From NCBI GenBank assembly GCA_905182215.1, contig CAJJAI010000001.1:1081-65080 (forward strand): DNA of 64,000 nt, read 5' to 3'. The notes under the pieces are model-generated. The model was not told the DNA's origin. It saw nothing but the letters and a program-made list of their open reading frames with translations, and did no database searches. This DNA is from Flavobacteriales bacterium UBA6772. GTDB lineage: Bacteria > Bacteroidota > Bacteroidia > Flavobacteriales > UBA7430. The translations under genes and the position numbers were made by a program. Below, piece by piece: positions 46,283-56,345 of the stretch. Position 1 is the first letter of the stretch, and the number at the start of each line of letters is the position of its first letter.

Positions 46283-49063
46283 TTAAAAAGAAAGTTTAAA
46301 GGAGCTTGTAATACGTCTTCCCATTCCAAAGAATACAGAAGCGGATGCGGCATCAAAATTAAATTGATTCCCAGAAATATAGGTATCGTTGTTTAATGCG
46401 TCAGTTATATAGGTGGTGTTAAATAAATTCAACACGTTTATTTTAAAGTCTAAAAACACTTCTTGATATTTAAATCTATACCCAGCGTGTAAATCTACAA
46501 GCTGATAGGCTGGTATTTTCCATGAATCTCTTCCTGCATTTTCATCCTTTAAATCGAATGGGTTAAAGTCTGCATAATGATTGTCGAAACGCATCATTTT
46601 TAGTTTTATATAGCCACCTTTAATTGGACTATACCGAATGCTCGAACCCATTTGCAGTTGTGCCGCATCTCCAACATGCACGCCTGTAGCATCAAAATAA
46701 TCGGTTCCCAATAAATTATTGTTGTCATCGTAACTTCGAATAGTATCTCCCGAAGTCCAACGCCAGTTACCAATACTGCTTAATAATTGTAGCGATAGTT
46801 CAGAGCTTATTTTGAAAGAAGCATCAAATTCTAAACCTTGGTGTAAAGCGTCAATTCCATTTATATTGTATTTTATGGTTTCTCCATCTACAACAGTACT
46901 ACCTGACTCTGGTTTGTTTTTCCAATTCGTATAATACAAGTTGAGATTGGTGCTTATTCGTGAACTGTGAAAGCTATGCCCAAGTTCTATAGCGGACACT
47001 TTTTCGTTTCTAATATTCTTGAACAACTGATTATCGTAGTCGAATATATTATTGAATTTAGGCGCTTTTTCTAAGTAGCCAATATTCATAAATGCATTGT
47101 TATACTCGTCTATATTATAGTTTAGACCTGTTTTAATGGTATAGCCAGGGATCCATTTCCAATCGCTTTCTGTAGCTCTAGCTTCTTTAGAATCTATGGT
47201 GTAATCTGTGCCATTATGTGTAATTGTATCTCCAAAAGACAATGCTTGTACGTAAGTAGTGTCTTGTAAAGAGTATTGACTTTCTACAACTAAATCTTGT
47301 GGTTTAAAATAATCTATACGTTTATAACCTGTATTCGAAAGTGAGAGATTTACAAAAGCAGACCAGTTTCCTGCTTTGTATTCCATTTGCTGAAACAAGC
47401 CTGCCCATTTAACTAAACCATCATTGTGATAGGAGAATTTATCTCCTTTTCTAATTACAGCAGTGGAGTCTGATGCCGAAACATTTTCGTTAGCTACGTA
47501 ATAATCACCACCCAGTAAATCGTATACTTCTCGGTAGTGTTGCCCAGTATAATGGCGTAGGTCGATTCCTCCAGAAAGCGTAAGCTCTTTACTCGTTTCA
47601 AGGTTGTAGGTGGATAGCAATCCAAACCAACGGTGGTTGTTTATAGAGCTTCTAATAAATTGACTTGATTTATGTTCCGTAGAGCTGTAGTTATGGTCTA
47701 TTGATGGATCGCCTAGGAATGAATGTCTAGTATTTCCAGCATTGTTATCATAAATACTTTGGAAGTCTATTTGACGGTTTGTATTGAAGTTTGCGTTTGT
47801 AAGGCTAGGATTAACTCCAGTTCCACCGCCATTTCCTAAGGAAGCGTACAGTATATTTGAAATCACCAATTTGTTATTCGCTGCCCATAAATGATTTAAA
47901 CTCAATTGAGGTTTATGGTAGTAGTTAATTTTAGAATTCAATGTTTCATTTTGGGCATACAGAGTATCAATAGGATTTCCGTTGTCATCAAAATTTACTT
48001 TATAACGATTTAGCTCTCCCCAATGTTCATTGTATTGTAGTCCGTAATCTCCATCTACTCCTGTAGTATCTACTCCTAAATCTGCGGCAAAGCTTTTGTC
48101 GTATAAAGAAATAGCTTTTTTGTACGAACGTTGTCCATGACTTTGTGGTGCTCCAAAAGCAGTAAATGAAAGTCTGTGGTTGTTAATTTTCTTTTGAACT
48201 TTTAAATAGTAGAAACTTCCTCTAGACCATGTTTGATCAACCCACCCATCCCTTTTTTTGTAGGATGCAGCTAAGGAGTATCCCCAACCATTTTTTAGTT
48301 TTCCACTATTATAACCTAAAGTGGTTTTTAGGTAGCCATTTCCGCCTATATTTTGAGAGAATTTCAATCCTTCTTTAGAGTCAATTCCGCTAGTAAGTAT
48401 GTTTATCGTTCCTCCAACTGCAGGAATGGCTAATTTTGATGCACCTAGCCCACGTTGTACTTGAATGGTTTTTGTCATTACATCTAAACCAAACCAGTTT
48501 GACCAATACACCCAACCATTTTCCATATCGTTCATTGGAATTCCATCTATCATAACGGCTACGTTACGTTGATTAAATCCTCGTATAGAAATTCTTGCAT
48601 CTCCATCGCCACCACCACTTTGTGTGGCATAAACCCCTGGAGTACTATTTAAAATTAAAGGAATATCTTGTCCTGCGAGTTCTTCTTCGAGTTGTTTTGG
48701 ACTTATATTAGAAAATGCAACAGGCGTTTCTCTGGAACGTGCAATATCAGAAACGACTTCTACTTCGTTTAGAATTTGACTGTTTAGGAAGAAATTAAGT
48801 TCTTGATTTTTAGTAAGAGTTATGGTTTTTTTAAGCGCCTGATAACCTACATAAGAAATACTCAATTCGTAAGTTCCTTTAGGTAGGGAGAGTTGGTAAA
48901 AACCATTAAAGTCGGTAACAGTCCCTTTCTCGTTTTTTACAACTACAGTTGCTCCAATAAGGGTTTCGTTGCTATTATAATCTTGTACATAGCCTTGTAG
49001 TGTTACTTGTGCTTGCACATTAATTGCAAAAAGTAAACACAGAAGAAGGTAGAAATATCTCAT
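46283..49063 (-). CDS. TonB-dependent receptor
   Basis: Signal peptide, CarboxypepD_reg-like N-domain, plug (STPGVYAT..ISIRGF..IDGIPMNDMENGWVYWSNW..QVQRGLGAS), terminal Phe. Confidence 0.92.
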   Translation of the reverse strand: MRYFYLLLCLLFAINVQAQVTLQGYVQDYNSNETLIGATVVVKNEKGTVTDFNGFYQLSLPKGTYELSISYVGYQALKKTITLTKNQELNFFLNSQILNEVEVVSDIARSRETPVAFSNISPKQLEEELAGQDIPLILNSTPGVYATQSGGGDGDARISIRGFNQRNVAVMIDGIPMNDMENGWVYWSNWFGLDVMTKTIQVQRGLGASKLAIPAVGGTINILTSGIDSKEGLKFSQNIGGNGYLKTTLGYNSGKLKNGWGYSLAASYKKRDGWVDQTWSRGSFYYLKVQKKINNHRLSFTAFGAPQSHGQRSYKKAISLYDKSFAADLGVDTTGVDGDYGLQYNEHWGELNRYKVNFDDNGNPIDTLYAQNETLNSKINYYHKPQLSLNHLWAANNKLVISNILYASLGNGGGTGVNPSLTNANFNTNRQIDFQSIYDNNAGNTRHSFLGDPSIDHNYSSTEHKSSQFIRSSINNHRWFGLLSTYNLETSKELTLSGGIDLRHYTGQHYREVYDLLGGDYYVANENVSASDSTAVIRKGDKFSYHNDGLVKWAGLFQQMEYKAGNWSAFVNLSLSNTGYKRIDYFKPQDLVVESQYSLQDTTYVQALSFGDTITHNGTDYTIDSKEARATESDWKWIPGYTIKTGLNYNIDEYNNAFMNIGYLEKAPKFNNIFDYDNQLFKNIRNEKVSAIELGHSFHSSRISTNLNLYYTNWKNKPESGSTVVDGETIKYNINGIDALHQGLEFDASFKISSELSLQLLSSIGNWRWTSGDTIRSYDDNNNLLGTDYFDATGVHVGDAAQLQMGSSIRYSPIKGGYIKLKMMRFDNHYADFNPFDLKDENAGRDSWKIPAYQLVDLHAGYRFKYQEVFLDFKINVLNLFNTTYITDALNNDTYISGNQFNFDAASASVFFGMGRRITSSFKLSF

Positions 49064-49072
49064 AGGAATAGG

Positions 49073-49101
49073 AAAAAAAAGCTCCCATATTGGGAGCTTT
49101 T
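49073..49101 (-). terminator. Intrinsic terminator between the LTD gene and the TonB receptor
   Basis: gctccca-tat-tgggagc stem with an 8-T tail on the minus strand. Confidence 0.8.
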
Positions 49102-49105
49102 AAGT

Positions 49106-50068
49106 TTAGTTTAAAAGAAGTTTTTTAAGTAGAACCTCTTTGTTTTCTAGCAGAACTTCCACAAAATACAAGCCTTTTAGTTTTGGGCTCAATAGTATTG
49201 TTTCTGTAATAGAAGAAGAGTTGTAATTTTTTGAAAGCACTTTTTCTCCTAATATATTGTATAAGCTTATACTTTGAATTTCAGTGCTTGAGTTGATGGT
49301 AAGCTGTCCTGTAGAATTAGGATTAGGATACATTTGGATAGAATTATTATTCTCTTCTATAGAGATTAATGCACAATCACATTCGTGAGAACCTAAGCCT
49401 GAAAAACTATTGGCTGGTAAAGAATCCCATTCTAGTGTTGGGTCAAAAGTATATTCGAAATTTGGGTCGTATACGAATGGATTTATCACTTCTGATTTCC
49501 GAACCAAAGTTTGATCTTTTGTCCAATATGCACCTGTTTCATCTGCCCAGGCATCACCCGGATCTTCTCCAATTTTACCAATTACATCTAAAATATCCCC
49601 ATTGCTATTCTCTAAAGTAAAGGCATCATTTCCATTAAAGTACATGGTTCCATCTTCGTAGTTTGGACAAATGAATAGATCTACTTTAGACATTAAGTCT
49701 GAGTCAGCGTTATAAATACTATCTGGAACAAGTGTTATACTATCTGTATAGTGCAGCCATCCATCCCAAAGTGGAGCTTCATATCCTTCTCCGTTAGGAT
49801 CTCTTTTATCTAAACCAATTACAAAAGCTTCATTAGGTTCTATTAATCCTTCTAAAGTTGTTGTTGCAGGAATCGTCCCACCATTACTCCATCTAGAAAG
49901 TGCGTAATTAGAAAGGTCAATTGTGTTGCTAGTTGGGTTGTAAAGCTCAATGGCTTTGTTATTACTCCATCCTTCTACATATTCAGAAATAAAGAGTTCA
50001 GAACAGTTTTGGGCGTTGATTGTAAAAGCACATAGTATGCTTAAGCTCAATAGGTAAATCTTTTTCAT
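49106..50068 (-). CDS. Lamin-tail-domain protein with T9SS CTD
   Basis: LFISEYVEGWSNNKAIELYNPT..IDLSNY, FNGNDA, DVIG, TKDQTLVRK, LGSH; CTD MYPNP..LGE..GLYFV. Confidence 0.85.
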   Translation of the reverse strand: MKKIYLLSLSILCAFTINAQNCSELFISEYVEGWSNNKAIELYNPTSNTIDLSNYALSRWSNGGTIPATTTLEGLIEPNEAFVIGLDKRDPNGEGYEAPLWDGWLHYTDSITLVPDSIYNADSDLMSKVDLFICPNYEDGTMYFNGNDAFTLENSNGDILDVIGKIGEDPGDAWADETGAYWTKDQTLVRKSEVINPFVYDPNFEYTFDPTLEWDSLPANSFSGLGSHECDCALISIEENNNSIQMYPNPNSTGQLTINSSTEIQSISLYNILGEKVLSKNYNSSSITETILLSPKLKGLYFVEVLLENKEVLLKKLLLN

Positions 50069-50089
50069 AGCTAATTATTTAGTACCTAA

Positions 50090-50097
50090 CAAATTTA
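50090..50097 (-). promoter_or_regulatory. -7 element TAAATTTG for the LTD gene
   Basis: TAnnTTTG 21 bp upstream of the ATG; second match TATCTTTG at 50116-50123. Confidence 0.55.
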
Positions 50098-50207
50098 ATA
50101 AAACTCGCGACATATCAAAGATAAGACTTCTTAAAACGAAATGATTTTTGTCAGAATAAAAATATAGAATAAAAAAATCTCTTACATTTGCTTTCCAAAT
50201 CAGCTAA

Positions 50208-50945
50208 ATGTCAGATTCTTTAATAATTATCCCCACTTACAACGAAAAAGAAAACGTAGCCAAAATGTTGCGTACTGTATTTTCGTTAGATAAATCGTAC
50301 CATGTACTTATTGTAGATGATGGCTCGCCTGACGGCACCGCTGCGATTGTAAAAGACTTACAAAAGGAATTCCCTACGCAACTATTTATACAGGAACGCT
50401 CAGGGAAATTGGGCTTAGGAACGGCTTATATTCATGGCTTTAAATGGGGTTTAAAAAAAGACTACAGCTATTTTATAGAAATGGATTGTGATTTCTCTCA
50501 CAACCCAAATGATTTAATTCGTTTGTACGAGGCATGTAACGTTGACGGAAACGATATGGCTATCGGTTCAAGGTATGTGGGTGGATTGGTAAATGTGATT
50601 AACTGGCCAATTGGTAGAGTGATGATGTCGTATTTTGCTTCGCGTTATGTGAAGGGAATCACAGGCTTACCGGTAGACGATGCTACCGCAGGGTTTAAAT
50701 GTTACCACAGAGATGTAATTGTAAATGTGCTGCGTTCTAACGTTACTTTTGTTGGCTATGCCTTCCAAATAGAAATGAAGTTTAAAGCTTGGAAGTTTGG
50801 TTATAAAATTAAGGAAGTTCCTGTTATCTTTACCGACCGTACCGAAGGAGAATCGAAGATGAGTTCTTCTATTTTTTATGAGGCCTTTTTTGGCGTTATT
50901 CAAATGAAGCTGAAAAGTTTCTTCGTAAAATACAAACAAGAATAG
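50208..50945 (+). CDS. Polyprenol monophosphomannose synthase (GT2)
   Basis: IIPTYNE, VDDGSPDGT, KLGLGTAY, MDCDFSH, GSRY, GYAFQIE; TACATTTG at 50183-50190. Confidence 0.92.
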   Translation: MSDSLIIIPTYNEKENVAKMLRTVFSLDKSYHVLIVDDGSPDGTAAIVKDLQKEFPTQLFIQERSGKLGLGTAYIHGFKWGLKKDYSYFIEMDCDFSHNPNDLIRLYEACNVDGNDMAIGSRYVGGLVNVINWPIGRVMMSYFASRYVKGITGLPVDDATAGFKCYHRDVIVNVLRSNVTFVGYAFQIEMKFKAWKFGYKIKEVPVIFTDRTEGESKMSSSIFYEAFFGVIQMKLKSFFVKYKQE

Positions 50946-50958
50946 TTTATTATATAGC

Positions 50959-52290
50959 ATGAAAAAGCTTCTTAAAAATGCTCAAATCATTAACGAAGGT
51001 TCTATACAAAAGGCCGATTTGTTAATCGATGGCGACCGCATCGCCAAAATTGCTCCTTCTATTACTGACGACACTGCAGAAATTATCGATTTAGCAGGTA
51101 AATTTTTAATGCCTGGTGTAGTAGACGATCAAGTGCATTTTAGAGAGCCTGGCTTAACGCACAAAGGACGTATTTATACAGAATCTCGTGCTGCTGTAGC
51201 TGGTGGGATTACTTCGTTTATGGAGATGCCTAACACCAATCCACAAGCCTTAACACAAGAATTATTAGAAGATAAATATAAAATTGGAGCTAAAGATTCT
51301 TTGGCAAACTATTCCTTTTTTATGGGTGCTTCGAACGAAAATCTAGAAGAGGTTTTAAAAACCGACCCTACACAAGTAGCCGGAGTAAAGATATTTATGG
51401 GCTCTTCTACCGGGAATATGTTGGTAGATAATAAGACTGTTTTGAATTCTATTTTCTCTAAGTGCGATATGCTTATTGCGGTTCATTGTGAAGACGAGGA
51501 AACAGTACGTGCTAATTCAGCGAAGATGAAAGAGGAACATGGAGAGGATATCCCTATTCGTTTTCATCCAATTATCCGTAACGAAGAAGCTTGTTATAAA
51601 TCTTCTTCTATGGCCGTTGAATTAGCCAAAAAACACGATACTCGTTTACATATACTTCATATTTCTAGCTTAAAAGAAACGGCGCTTTTTAGAAATGATA
51701 TTCCATTAAAAGAAAAGAGAATTACAGCTGAAGCTTGTATTCATCATTTATGGTTCGATGAATCGAGTTACGATGAAAAAGGGACTTTAATAAAGTGGAA
51801 TCCAGCAGTAAAATCGCTGAAAGATAAAGAGGGTGTTTGGGCTGCTTTATTAGACGATAGAATAGATATTATTGCTACCGACCACGCTCCACATACTTTA
51901 GAGGAAAAACAAAACACTTATTTTAAAGCTCCATCTGGAGGTCCTTTAGTACAGCACGCTTTAGTAGCTATGTTAGAGTTTTACCACCAAGGTAAGGTAA
52001 GCTTAGAGTGGATAGTAAATAAAATGTGTCACGCTCCTGCCGACTGTTTTCAGTTAAAAGAAAGAGGTTTTATTAAAGAAGATTACTATGCCGATTTAGT
52101 GGTTTTAGATATAGATAAGTCTTGGACTGTAGCTAAAGACAATATTTTATACCACTGTGGATGGTCTCCTTTTGAAGGGCAAGAATTTAAATCTAGTATA
52201 AGTAAGACTTTTGTCAACGGGAACTTGGTTTATAATAAAGGGGTCTTCGACGAGTCTACTCGTGGAATGCGTTTAGAGTTTGATCGTTAA
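50959..52290 (+). CDS. pyrC: Dihydroorotase
   Basis: DDQVHFREPG, EMPNT, KIFMGSSTG, HCED, KWNP, ATDHAPH. Confidence 0.92.
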   Translation: MKKLLKNAQIINEGSIQKADLLIDGDRIAKIAPSITDDTAEIIDLAGKFLMPGVVDDQVHFREPGLTHKGRIYTESRAAVAGGITSFMEMPNTNPQALTQELLEDKYKIGAKDSLANYSFFMGASNENLEEVLKTDPTQVAGVKIFMGSSTGNMLVDNKTVLNSIFSKCDMLIAVHCEDEETVRANSAKMKEEHGEDIPIRFHPIIRNEEACYKSSSMAVELAKKHDTRLHILHISSLKETALFRNDIPLKEKRITAEACIHHLWFDESSYDEKGTLIKWNPAVKSLKDKEGVWAALLDDRIDIIATDHAPHTLEEKQNTYFKAPSGGPLVQHALVAMLEFYHQGKVSLEWIVNKMCHAPADCFQLKERGFIKEDYYADLVVLDIDKSWTVAKDNILYHCGWSPFEGQEFKSSISKTFVNGNLVYNKGVFDESTRGMRLEFDR

Positions 52291-52616
52291 TGAAAAAAGT
52301 GTTTTTAATACTGTGTACAGCTTTGGTTTTTTCTTGTTCTCAAGAAGAAACTAAAGTTATTGCCGCACTTTCAGAAAACCAGATGATTGATGCTTTGGTA
52401 CAGGTTCATTTATTGGAATCTGCCGCACAGTTAAACATGCTAGACGGTATACGAAACGATAGTTTGAGCCTAGGGAATTATTACGCTGGCTTGTTTCAGG
52501 ATACACCTTACACGCTTGAAGAGTTTAAAAGTAGTTTTGCTTTTTATGCAGAAAACCCGAAAGTAATGGAGGTTTTATTAGACTCGGCACTTACTCGTAT
52601 TCAGATGATGGAATAA
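52290..52616 (+). CDS. DUF4296-like lipoprotein
   Basis: Lipobox VFSC; M.D.L..VHL.ES, F.SSFAFY..NP; conserved position after pyrC. Confidence 0.7.
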   Translation: MKKVFLILCTALVFSCSQEETKVIAALSENQMIDALVQVHLLESAAQLNMLDGIRNDSLSLGNYYAGLFQDTPYTLEEFKSSFAFYAENPKVMEVLLDSALTRIQMME

Positions 52617-52620
52617 AAAG

Positions 52621-52656
52621 GATTTGAAGATGTGTTAATTTGAAGATTTGAAAATG
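52621..52656 (+). repeat. 8-bp periodic RATTTGAA mini-array
   Basis: gatttgaa|gatgtgtt|aatttgaa|gatttgaa|aatg. Confidence 0.6.
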
Positions 52657-52668
52657 TCTTTGCTCTCT

Positions 52669-53679
52669 TTATTTTAAATCCTTCAAATACATTTTCGAGA
52701 AGTCATTACAGCTTTGTTCTACGGGTATAAACTCAAAGTTCAAAGCTTTTTTAATTTTATCGTTTTCGTAAATAGAAATGCCATTTCCAGCTTTAGCTGT
52801 TTCTTTGGTAAGCATAGGAGCTTTACGGGTAATCATAGAGATTACTTTTGCGACTCTCCAACCGAGTGCATTTAAGAAATCCCCGACTTTAATATGCGCC
52901 CTCTTTTTACCAAGTGCATCTGCTATATAATCGAAGGTTTGTTTAAAAGGAATGCTTTCTGAACAGAGAATAAATCGCTCAGAATTAATAGAGCTTTCCA
53001 TCAGGTCAACCATCACTTTGGCTACATCTCTAACATCTACAAAGCCATTGGTTCCTGTGGTATAAAAAGGCATTCCAGTAGCTATTTTATGAAACAATAC
53101 AGAGCTTCCTTTTTTCCAGGCTCCAGGACCCAAAATAATACTCGGATTTACAATTACTGCAGTCAGTCCTTCTTCTATTCCACGCCAGACTTCTAGCTCA
53201 GAATTGTATTTACTAATGGCGTAATTACTGTTTTCAGGACCATCTACCCAAGGTGAGTTTTCGTTTATTAGAGGCTCGTTTTCGGTTCTACCTATGGCTG
53301 CAACCGAAGAAATATGACACAATTTACTCACTTTATGTGCCAAACATAAATTAACAATATTAGCCGTAGAGGTTACATTATTGTCTATCATTTGATGCTT
53401 ATACTTTGGATTAAAATTTACCCAAGCAGCACAGTGGTATACTTTTGTTACCCCAACAAAGGCATCTTCTAATTCAGTAATATTTAATAGGTCACCCTCA
53501 ATCCATTCAATTTTTGCAAATAGTTCATCCACTTCTTCCGTGTAATAAGAAAAGATTTTTCTCACCATATGAAGATCCGATCGCTCCCTTTTGGTTGCGC
53601 GAATTTTATCTTCAGTTTTACAAAGATTATAGAGTAGGTGTGCCCCTACCAAGCCTGTTGCTCCTGTAACTAATATCAT
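52669..53679 (-). CDS. NAD-dependent epimerase/dehydratase
   Basis: MILVTGATGLVG, YHCAA, SSVAA, YAISK, VNPSIILG; ATG at 53679. Confidence 0.9.
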   Translation of the reverse strand: MILVTGATGLVGAHLLYNLCKTEDKIRATKRERSDLHMVRKIFSYYTEEVDELFAKIEWIEGDLLNITELEDAFVGVTKVYHCAAWVNFNPKYKHQMIDNNVTSTANIVNLCLAHKVSKLCHISSVAAIGRTENEPLINENSPWVDGPENSNYAISKYNSELEVWRGIEEGLTAVIVNPSIILGPGAWKKGSSVLFHKIATGMPFYTTGTNGFVDVRDVAKVMVDLMESSINSERFILCSESIPFKQTFDYIADALGKKRAHIKVGDFLNALGWRVAKVISMITRKAPMLTKETAKAGNGISIYENDKIKKALNFEFIPVEQSCNDFSKMYLKDLK

Positions 53680-53755
53680 GGCTGAAAGATAATAAATACA
53701 AGGTTTTATAAATAGAATAAAACACCTATTTTTACGCTTCTTAAAATGCACGACT

Positions 53756-55030
53756 ATGAACTTTGTTGAGGAAATGAAATGGAGAGGGATGATACACGAC
53801 ATCATGCCTGGAACAGAAGAACAATTGCAAAAGGAAATGACTTCTGCTTATATAGGCTTTGATCCTACGGCAGACTCCTTGCATATTGGTTCGCTAGTGC
53901 AAATAATGATTTTGGTTCACTTACAAAGATCCGGGCATAAGCCTTACGCTTTAGTTGGTGGTGCTACTGGAATGGTGGGCGATCCTTCGGGGAAGTCTAA
54001 AGAGCGTAATTTACTCTCTTCGGATATTCTTGACCATAACGTTGCCTGTGTACATAATCAATTAGCTCGTTTTTTAGATTTCGATTGTGGAGAGAACTCT
54101 GCCGAAATGGTAAACAATTACGACTGGTTTAAAGAAATTAATTTCCTCGATTTTATTCGCGATGTAGGTAAGCACATAAGTGTAAACTATATGATGGCTA
54201 AAGATTCTGTGAAATCGCGTTTAGAAACGGGAATGTCTTTTACAGAGTTTACTTATCAGCTGGTTCAAGGATACGATTTCTTGCATTTATATACCGAAAA
54301 AAATTGTAAGCTCCAGTTAGGAGGTTCCGATCAATGGGGGAATATTGTAACTGGTACAGAGTTGATTAGAAGAAAAGCAAGAGGAGAGGCTTTTGCCATG
54401 ACCACTCCTTTAATTAAAAAAGCAGATGGAACTAAATTCGGTAAAACTGAAGGCGGTAATGTGTGGTTGGATTCTGAGCGTACTTCGCCTTATAAATTTT
54501 ACCAATATTGGTTAAACTCTTCTGATGACGATGCCAAGACTTATATAAAAATATTTACGCTTCTTTCTGAAGATGAAATTACTAAGTTAATTTCTGAACA
54601 TGAAGAAGCTCCTCATTTAAGACTTTTACAAAAAGCATTAGGGAAAGATGTAACGATTAGAGTACATAGCGAAGATCCGTATAATAGAGCTATTGAAGCT
54701 TCTGAAATCTTATTCGGAAAAAATACTGCAGAGCAATTAAAGAATATTGAAGAGCGTGATTTATTAGATATTTTCGAAGGGGTTCCTCAATTTGAAGTTT
54801 CTATGTCTAGTATTGAAGATGGAGCTCAAATTATTGATTTATTAGCTCAGCAATCTCAAGTTTTCGCCTCTAACGGTGAAGCTCGTAGAATGCTTAAGTC
54901 GAATGCAGTAAGCGTAAATAAACTAAAAGTTGGTGAAGACAAGTTGGTGACAACCGAAGACTTACTAAACGAAAAGTATGTGTTAATTCAGAAAGGAAAG
55001 AAAAATTACTTCTTACTGAAAGCTATATAA
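53756..55030 (+). CDS. tyrS: Tyrosine--tRNA ligase
   Basis: [41 protein letters not shown]-terminal S4 domain. Confidence 0.98.
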   Translation: MNFVEEMKWRGMIHDIMPGTEEQLQKEMTSAYIGFDPTADSLHIGSLVQIMILVHLQRSGHKPYALVGGATGMVGDPSGKSKERNLLSSDILDHNVACVHNQLARFLDFDCGENSAEMVNNYDWFKEINFLDFIRDVGKHISVNYMMAKDSVKSRLETGMSFTEFTYQLVQGYDFLHLYTEKNCKLQLGGSDQWGNIVTGTELIRRKARGEAFAMTTPLIKKADGTKFGKTEGGNVWLDSERTSPYKFYQYWLNSSDDDAKTYIKIFTLLSEDEITKLISEHEEAPHLRLLQKALGKDVTIRVHSEDPYNRAIEASEILFGKNTAEQLKNIEERDLLDIFEGVPQFEVSMSSIEDGAQIIDLLAQQSQVFASNGEARRMLKSNAVSVNKLKVGEDKLVTTEDLLNEKYVLIQKGKKNYFLLKAI

Positions 55031-55040
55031 TTAACAATAG

Positions 55041-55077
55041 ATGTTTGCATGTTGTTGGTTTTCCAACATGTAAACAT
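55041..55077. terminator. Hairpin between convergent tyrS and the LuxE-like gene
   Basis: atgtttgcatgttg ... caacatgtaaacat, 14-bp inverted repeat with one mismatch. Confidence 0.5.
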
Positions 55078-55081
55078 GTGT

Positions 55082-56053
55082 TTACAACACCATTAAATTA
55101 CAGCCTCTTATATCGCTAGTATCGAATCTGCCCAATACTTCAAAATCTCCATTTTCGTATATTCTACCTAAGTCTTGAGTGGCAATAAAAGAGCAAGAAT
55201 GTATATTGGCTAAGTCAATAACGTTTAATCCGCCCTTTTTTTTGTTCACCGATAAGGGGTCGCTTGTATCTCTACATGAAACTTGCATCCATGGTGGACA
55301 TTTAAAAAGACTTTCTCCTTGTGAGTAGGCCTGAGATAATAGTTCCGTCATCCCATATTCAGAATGAATTTTTTGTACACCAAATCCAGTTCCTAATATT
55401 TCGTGTAGTTCTTGACGGATCATCTCTTTACGCCTCCCTTTCATACCTCCAGTTTCCATCACCACAGTGTTTTTTAAATCCACACTGTAGTTGTCTGTAA
55501 AATCTAACAAACCAAAACTCACACCTATCAAGAGTGTTTTTTTGCTTTGTCCTTCTAGTTTTTTTAGGGTATCAAATAATAATTCGTGTTCGTTTAGGTA
55601 AAAACCACTTTCTTCTTTCTTAGAAAGCTGAATAAGTTTTTCGCACATATATATAAGAGAAGAACCTGTACGTTCCATATACGAGGGAAGTAGTGCAAGT
55701 ACAGTATAGTCTTCTATGTTTCCATAGCAATACTCAAATCCTTTTATAAAGCTGTCTTCGTAAATGCTTAAATCGTGAACTATATGCTTACTCTGTATGC
55801 CTCCTGTACCGCTACTTGTATAGTATGCTTCTCTGTTGTTGGGTTCGCAAATTACTTCATGCGATTTAAAAAGCTCTATCGGTAAGTAGGGGATGTCTTC
55901 AGTCTTTGTGATTGATGAGGCGTCTATGCCTAAGTGATGTACGTAATTTTTGTAAACAGCATTGTTTTTAATCTGAAAATGGAATATTTCTAAAGCTAAT
56001 TCTTTAAAAGAGTCAGCAGTGTGGTTTTGAAAAATACTCGCATTCCAATTCAT
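55082..56053 (-). CDS. LuxE/PaaK-like acyl-protein synthetase (acyl transferase)
   Basis: IPYLPIELFK, TSSGT, METGGMKGR, SEYGMTEL, ATQDLG, VLGR..RGC. Confidence 0.85.
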   Translation of the reverse strand: MNWNASIFQNHTADSFKELALEIFHFQIKNNAVYKNYVHHLGIDASSITKTEDIPYLPIELFKSHEVICEPNNREAYYTSSGTGGIQSKHIVHDLSIYEDSFIKGFEYCYGNIEDYTVLALLPSYMERTGSSLIYMCEKLIQLSKKEESGFYLNEHELLFDTLKKLEGQSKKTLLIGVSFGLLDFTDNYSVDLKNTVVMETGGMKGRRKEMIRQELHEILGTGFGVQKIHSEYGMTELLSQAYSQGESLFKCPPWMQVSCRDTSDPLSVNKKKGGLNVIDLANIHSCSFIATQDLGRIYENGDFEVLGRFDTSDIRGCNLMVL

Positions 56054-56297
56054 AATACACTTGTAGGTCCGGCATTGTTAGTGAATGCATTTTGCATTAC
56101 ACGTATAGTTTGATGCTCTTAAATCATCGTAAAATTAAACATCCTTTATAGTTATCATAGTGCTTTTTGTCTTTTCCTAGTAATTATTTAAAAACACTAG
56201 TCGAACATTAAGTATGCAAAGACTCCTAATATCTCATCGTAAAGCTCAGAAGCCCAGCAATATATATAGGTTTGTCTATGTGATTGGTTTCGGTTTT

Positions 56298-56313
56298 TGG
56301 CAGGGTAATTGCA
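56298..56313 (+). promoter_or_regulatory. Sigma54-like -24/-12 promoter TGGCAGGGTAATTGCA
   Basis: Exact GG-N10-GC spacing of TGGCAC-N5-TTGCA, 32 bp upstream of the protease ATG. Confidence 0.55.
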
Positions 56314-56345
56314 ATTCTGCATTGTCTAACTAAAACAATATACAT

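Noticed and set aside
6880-55030. Five aminoacyl-tRNA synthetases within 64 kb
   Set aside because: Each sits in an ordinary context; consistent with a compact core-genome region, not a dedicated system.
55082-56053. LuxE-like gene as evidence of bioluminescence
   Set aside because: No luxA/B/C/D nearby; stand-alone LuxE-like genes next to tyrS are common in Bacteroidota.
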